A stretch of DNA of 63,714 nucleotides, filler included, from Catajapyx aquilonaris (lineage: Eukaryota), in assembly GCA_000934665.2 (NCBI GenBank). It is 2 parts of 2 records of this genome, joined end to end, with 100 filler letters (N's around TTAATTAATTAA, not from the genome) between each part and the next. Parts side by side here need not be neighbours in the genome. Positions count along the whole stretch, not along the records: positions 31,855 to 63,714 come from JYFJ02004492.1; 1 more part is not named here. The stretch is one strand, 5' to 3'. This document shows positions 63,466 to 63,714 of the stretch, piece by piece (positions within the stretch are counted from its first letter, which is position 1; each line of letters begins with the position of its first letter). The position numbers and the translations under genes were made by a program. The notes beneath the pieces are model-generated. The model saw only the letters and a program-made list of their open reading frames with translations, made no database searches and was not told where the DNA came from.

Positions 63466-63714
63466 TACAGGGTGTTCCTTACTAGTAGGTCAAGCTGCAA
63501 ATGGCATATTCCTTGGCCCAAACCACTTCTAAAATGTAGGGGGGAGAAATGTCAAGGGACCGACCTGTAAAGAGGTAGATGACCTGAAACATTGGCCTAC
63601 CTCGTTAATGGTTGGTACCAGGGCCGGCCCTAGGTGGGTGCGGGGCCTAGGGCAAGAACTAAATGCGGGGCCTATTCTCCGTGAGTGAATTTCTGTACAA
63701 CACGAATTGCGTAT

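Overview
Eukaryotic genomic DNA, probably from an invertebrate (arthropod-like), split into two very different halves by a 100-bp scaffold gap at 31755-31854. Left half (1-31.7 kb): a gene-free, densely nested mosaic of transposon fragments. It includes env-bearing Ty3/Gypsy pieces (integrase, three baculovirus-F-like env pieces, LTRs, three tRNA-Leu PBSs), two intact young mini-LTR elements with 4-bp TSDs, a LINE RT 3' end, a Transib transposase piece and a C2H2 transposase-like piece. Essentially all recognisable coding fragments lie on the minus strand, as expected for a flamenco-type uni-strand piRNA cluster (inference). Embedded in it are (i) multi-copy accessory ORF families in a partly conserved order downstream of env, including a p23/CS-domain-like protein with its own TATA+TCAGT promoter and a TM/acidic/His-Cys protein, and (ii) a ~400-nt non-coding RNA structure present in two diverged copies with compensatory base changes and a candidate pseudoknot. 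Right half (31.9-63.7 kb): ordinary host DNA with the 3' exons of pinin (+), a complete 8-exon WDR43/UTP5 gene (-), and many SINEs, MITEs and DNA-transposon relics (Academ-, Sola1-, Harbinger-, hAT-, pogo-like) in mixed orientation. All family assignments are by eye; no database search was run.
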